64,000 nt of DNA from Nitrospinales bacterium (GTDB taxonomy: Bacteria; Nitrospinota; Nitrospinia; Nitrospinales; VA-1): NCBI GenBank assembly GCA_965223795.1, contig CBDCXL010000002.1, positions 64,001 through 128,000 of the forward strand, read 5' to 3'. Both the position numbers and the translations under genes were made by a program. Within the stretch, counting starts at the first letter, position 1, and every line of letters begins with the position of its first letter. Of this stretch, positions 62,004 to 64,000 are shown in pieces. Under the pieces are notes generated by a model. The model had not been told where the DNA came from. It saw only the letters and a list, made by a program, of their open reading frames with translations, and ran no database searches.

Positions 62004-62209
62004 GGACGGCGCAAAATTGCGCCGTCCTCTGCTTCGGTATTGAATGGGTCCAAAATTGGACCGATTGAAAGGACTGTCCCGTGGATTTCAATGAGCGCAA
62101 TTTTGCGCCCATTAAATACACCGACGCGCGGGGCGGTATCCAGTAGTCGCCAAATTGGCGACTACTGGGTTTAATGGGCTTAATTTTAAGCCCGTTGAAT
62201 ACGCTGACG
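62004..62209. repeat. Array of five palindromes with AAAATT/AAATT cores
   Basis: Palindromes at 62004-62027, 62047-62062, 62095-62108, 62140-62168 and 62176-62193; three sit inside a shared unit of about 40 bp. Confidence 0.85.
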
Positions 62210-62232
62210 TAAGCAGGTATTGCTTGGGGCGC

Positions 62233-63111
62233 TCATTTGGGCGGCCTTTTTTTTGTGTTTTCCTCCCCCGCGGCTTCCAGCTTCTTTTTGAAGAGTACGA
62301 AACGGTCCTCGGTGATTTCCTCGATCACCTTAAATCCAAACGGCTCCAGGACCTCCAGGACCTGGGCTTCGGTCATTTCAAAATCCGCGATCATGTTCTT
62401 GAGCTTCTCGACCAGGTTGTCGCTGATCTTTCCATCCTTCTGGGATTTGTTGCTGGTTGTGGTCCCGTTTTGCTTCGACGTTCGTTCTCCAGATCCGCCC
62501 GCTTCACCCCCAGCGCCATTTTCCCCTGTGTCGCCCTCGGTCGTGAAGATGTCCGAAGCACAGGTCACACGCCGCATGAGCGCCACGAATGCGCGCTTTT
62601 GGGCCATGAAAATGATCGTATTTCGCAGATCCTCAGGGTCCCGCAGGACCTGCTTGACCTTGTAGGGTGCGGACCGATTCCCTTTGCTTTTTCCCCATTT
62701 CACCCGCCGGCGGGATTCGATCGTTTCCTCCCATTCCTCGTCACATACGGCGCGACGCCAGCGGTATTTTTCCTCGAAGCTGCATGCCTCTGCATAGGCT
62801 GACCCGAGAAAACAGCCGTTGTTGTCGGCCGCTGTCATCTTCGCCCGGAAACGCACCTCATCGCCCCCGGATAAATCTTCCATCCCGGCTGGGTCCACGT
62901 GGATCCCGAACAGGACGCCCAGCTTTTCCGCGCCTGGCTGCCACAATGAACGCTTGGAGGTTCCGGGAATGACCCCGAAATCGACGTTTGCAACCATTTT
63001 TTCCTTCATCAGGCGCCGGATCATATCCAGCCGCTCCCCCAGGGCAGCAATCGGGTCACGGCCCGCCTGAGTCGGCACAAGTGCGTTGCTTTCAGGACGT
63101 AAATTTTCCAT
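62233..63111 (-). CDS. Phage protein, putative single-strand annealing (Rad52/RecT-superfamily-like) protein
   Basis: DFGVIPGT...GAEKL...NTIIFMAQKRAFV...ASDIFT pattern plus linker and small C-terminal domain. Family assignment is inference. Confidence 0.55.
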   Translation of the reverse strand: MENLRPESNALVPTQAGRDPIAALGERLDMIRRLMKEKMVANVDFGVIPGTSKRSLWQPGAEKLGVLFGIHVDPAGMEDLSGGDEVRFRAKMTAADNNGCFLGSAYAEACSFEEKYRWRRAVCDEEWEETIESRRRVKWGKSKGNRSAPYKVKQVLRDPEDLRNTIIFMAQKRAFVALMRRVTCASDIFTTEGDTGENGAGGEAGGSGERTSKQNGTTTSNKSQKDGKISDNLVEKLKNMIADFEMTEAQVLEVLEPFGFKVIEEITEDRFVLFKKKLEAAGEENTKKRPPK

Positions 63112-63122
63112 TTTTTCAGTTC

Positions 63123-63509
63123 CTATATTTCAAGATTTTCAAGTTCTCTATGCTTTTCAGCCCGAGCTAGGGGCGTGGCGCCCAATGCTCTCAAACATTC
63201 ACACAGGCGATCTGAGGCGGCGCTCAATTCCCAAAATTCCGGACGGCCGGCCAGGACCCCATCCTCCAGTGTGTAGGTCATCCCGTTCTCGTTGATAAAC
63301 ATTTTCAATTCGTACCAGGTTCCGTAGTGGATGCACGCTTGCTCCAGGACGCCTAGATCGACGTTATCGGCTCCAAATTCGCGTATGAGCCCTTCCCCTA
63401 GCTTTGTCCAATGCCGACGTGCTTCAGGGTTTGTTATCGAAGCAGGGGCCGGGGGGAGCGCCCCTCGTCGTTCCAGCCGTACCTTTTCAAAATCGACGAT
63501 TTCAGCCAT
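63123..63509 (-). CDS. P27-family phage terminase small subunit-like protein (divergent)
   Basis: PAPASITNPEARRHW, VDLGVLEQAC, ENGMT, LGATPLAR. Confidence 0.7.
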   Translation of the reverse strand: MAEIVDFEKVRLERRGALPPAPASITNPEARRHWTKLGEGLIREFGADNVDLGVLEQACIHYGTWYELKMFINENGMTYTLEDGVLAGRPEFWELSAASDRLCECLRALGATPLARAEKHRELENLEI

Positions 63510-63978
63510 TTTTTTTCCCTTGCCGTTTGAATTTTTCAAATGGATTTTCCTTCTTTGGCTCCGGTGGAATCGCAGAAATTTTCCCGCGGCTGCTCGGATC
63601 CAGCCCCAACAGCATGCCCATTTTCCGCATATTTTCTTGAGCCTTATTACTGATGCTTATAAAGGGATTCGGGACATCAAAGCCTTTTGGGGTGGTCACC
63701 ACCAGCCCCTGCCTTTTGAGTTCTTTTTCAGACTGGCACCAGCGGGAATAGTTCTGACAGTAGGACGCCAGGGTAGCGCGGTCCAGATTGCTCAGAAGCC
63801 CCAAGCTGTGGAGTTCCTTGGCAAGCCGGCGCCATTCTGCCCGCGCGCCAGCATCTAAGTGAGTAGGCGCCGACGGCAAGGAGGGTTCCGGCTTCGGCTC
63901 GTTCTTATTTATTCGGCATTTTTGCAATGTGCCGGTCAAAGCCTTTAATTGTGTTGGTTTACGTGGCCTTCCAGCCAT
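63502..63978 (-). CDS. P27-family phage terminase small subunit
   Basis: MAGRPRKPTQLK...APTHL...ARAEWRR...LDRATLASYC...NP...LGLDPSSR...NPF. Confidence 0.9.
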   Translation of the reverse strand: MAGRPRKPTQLKALTGTLQKCRINKNEPKPEPSLPSAPTHLDAGARAEWRRLAKELHSLGLLSNLDRATLASYCQNYSRWCQSEKELKRQGLVVTTPKGFDVPNPFISISNKAQENMRKMGMLLGLDPSSRGKISAIPPEPKKENPFEKFKRQGKKNG

Positions 63979-64000
63979 GATGTTTTCCTGTTCCCGTCAA

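Larger units (their letters stand above)
56778..64000. mobile_element. Integrated prophage or phage-satellite-like element at tRNA-fMet (continues beyond the window)
   Basis: Abrupt switch after the tRNA to umuDC/SRAP, AT-rich ORFans, a C4-like RNA and terminase-small genes; TTACAAC direct repeats at 56837 and 56848. The integrase and second att site are not in the window. Confidence 0.75.

Noticed and set aside
62004..62209. CRISPR array
   Set aside because: The repeats are not identical, have mixed orientation and irregular spacing, and no cas genes are present.

Overview
Bacterial chromosome segment of moderately high GC. The gene content (multiheme cytochromes c, giant multicopper oxidases, TPR and Lcl proteins) resembles nitrite-oxidising Nitrospinota/Nitrospirota, but that assignment is inference. 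(1) 2.3-23 kb: a copper/heme redox cluster with two near-identical ~1650-aa MnxG-like multicopper oxidases, three secreted cupredoxin-like proteins, two triheme cytochromes c, a TlpA redoxin, an ECF sigma factor with two matching candidate promoters, a frameshifted ferritin-like gene and an HtrA protease. (2) 23-50 kb: mostly housekeeping genes (cysH, thiL, two CNNM genes, a DksA-like gene with a histone-H1-like tail, secA, dnaB, rplI, rpsR, ssb, rpsF). (3) 50.2-53.6 kb: accessory genes bracketed by families of short direct and inverted repeats. (4) 56.7-64 kb: tRNA-fMet followed by the edge of an integrated phage or satellite-like element. It carries umuDC, a frameshifted SRAP gene, a C4/CI-type antisense RNA module, an array of covarying palindromes, an SSAP-like gene and two tandem P27-type small terminase genes. 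No CRISPR array or rRNA was seen. All calls come from reading the sequence by eye; no database searches were run.
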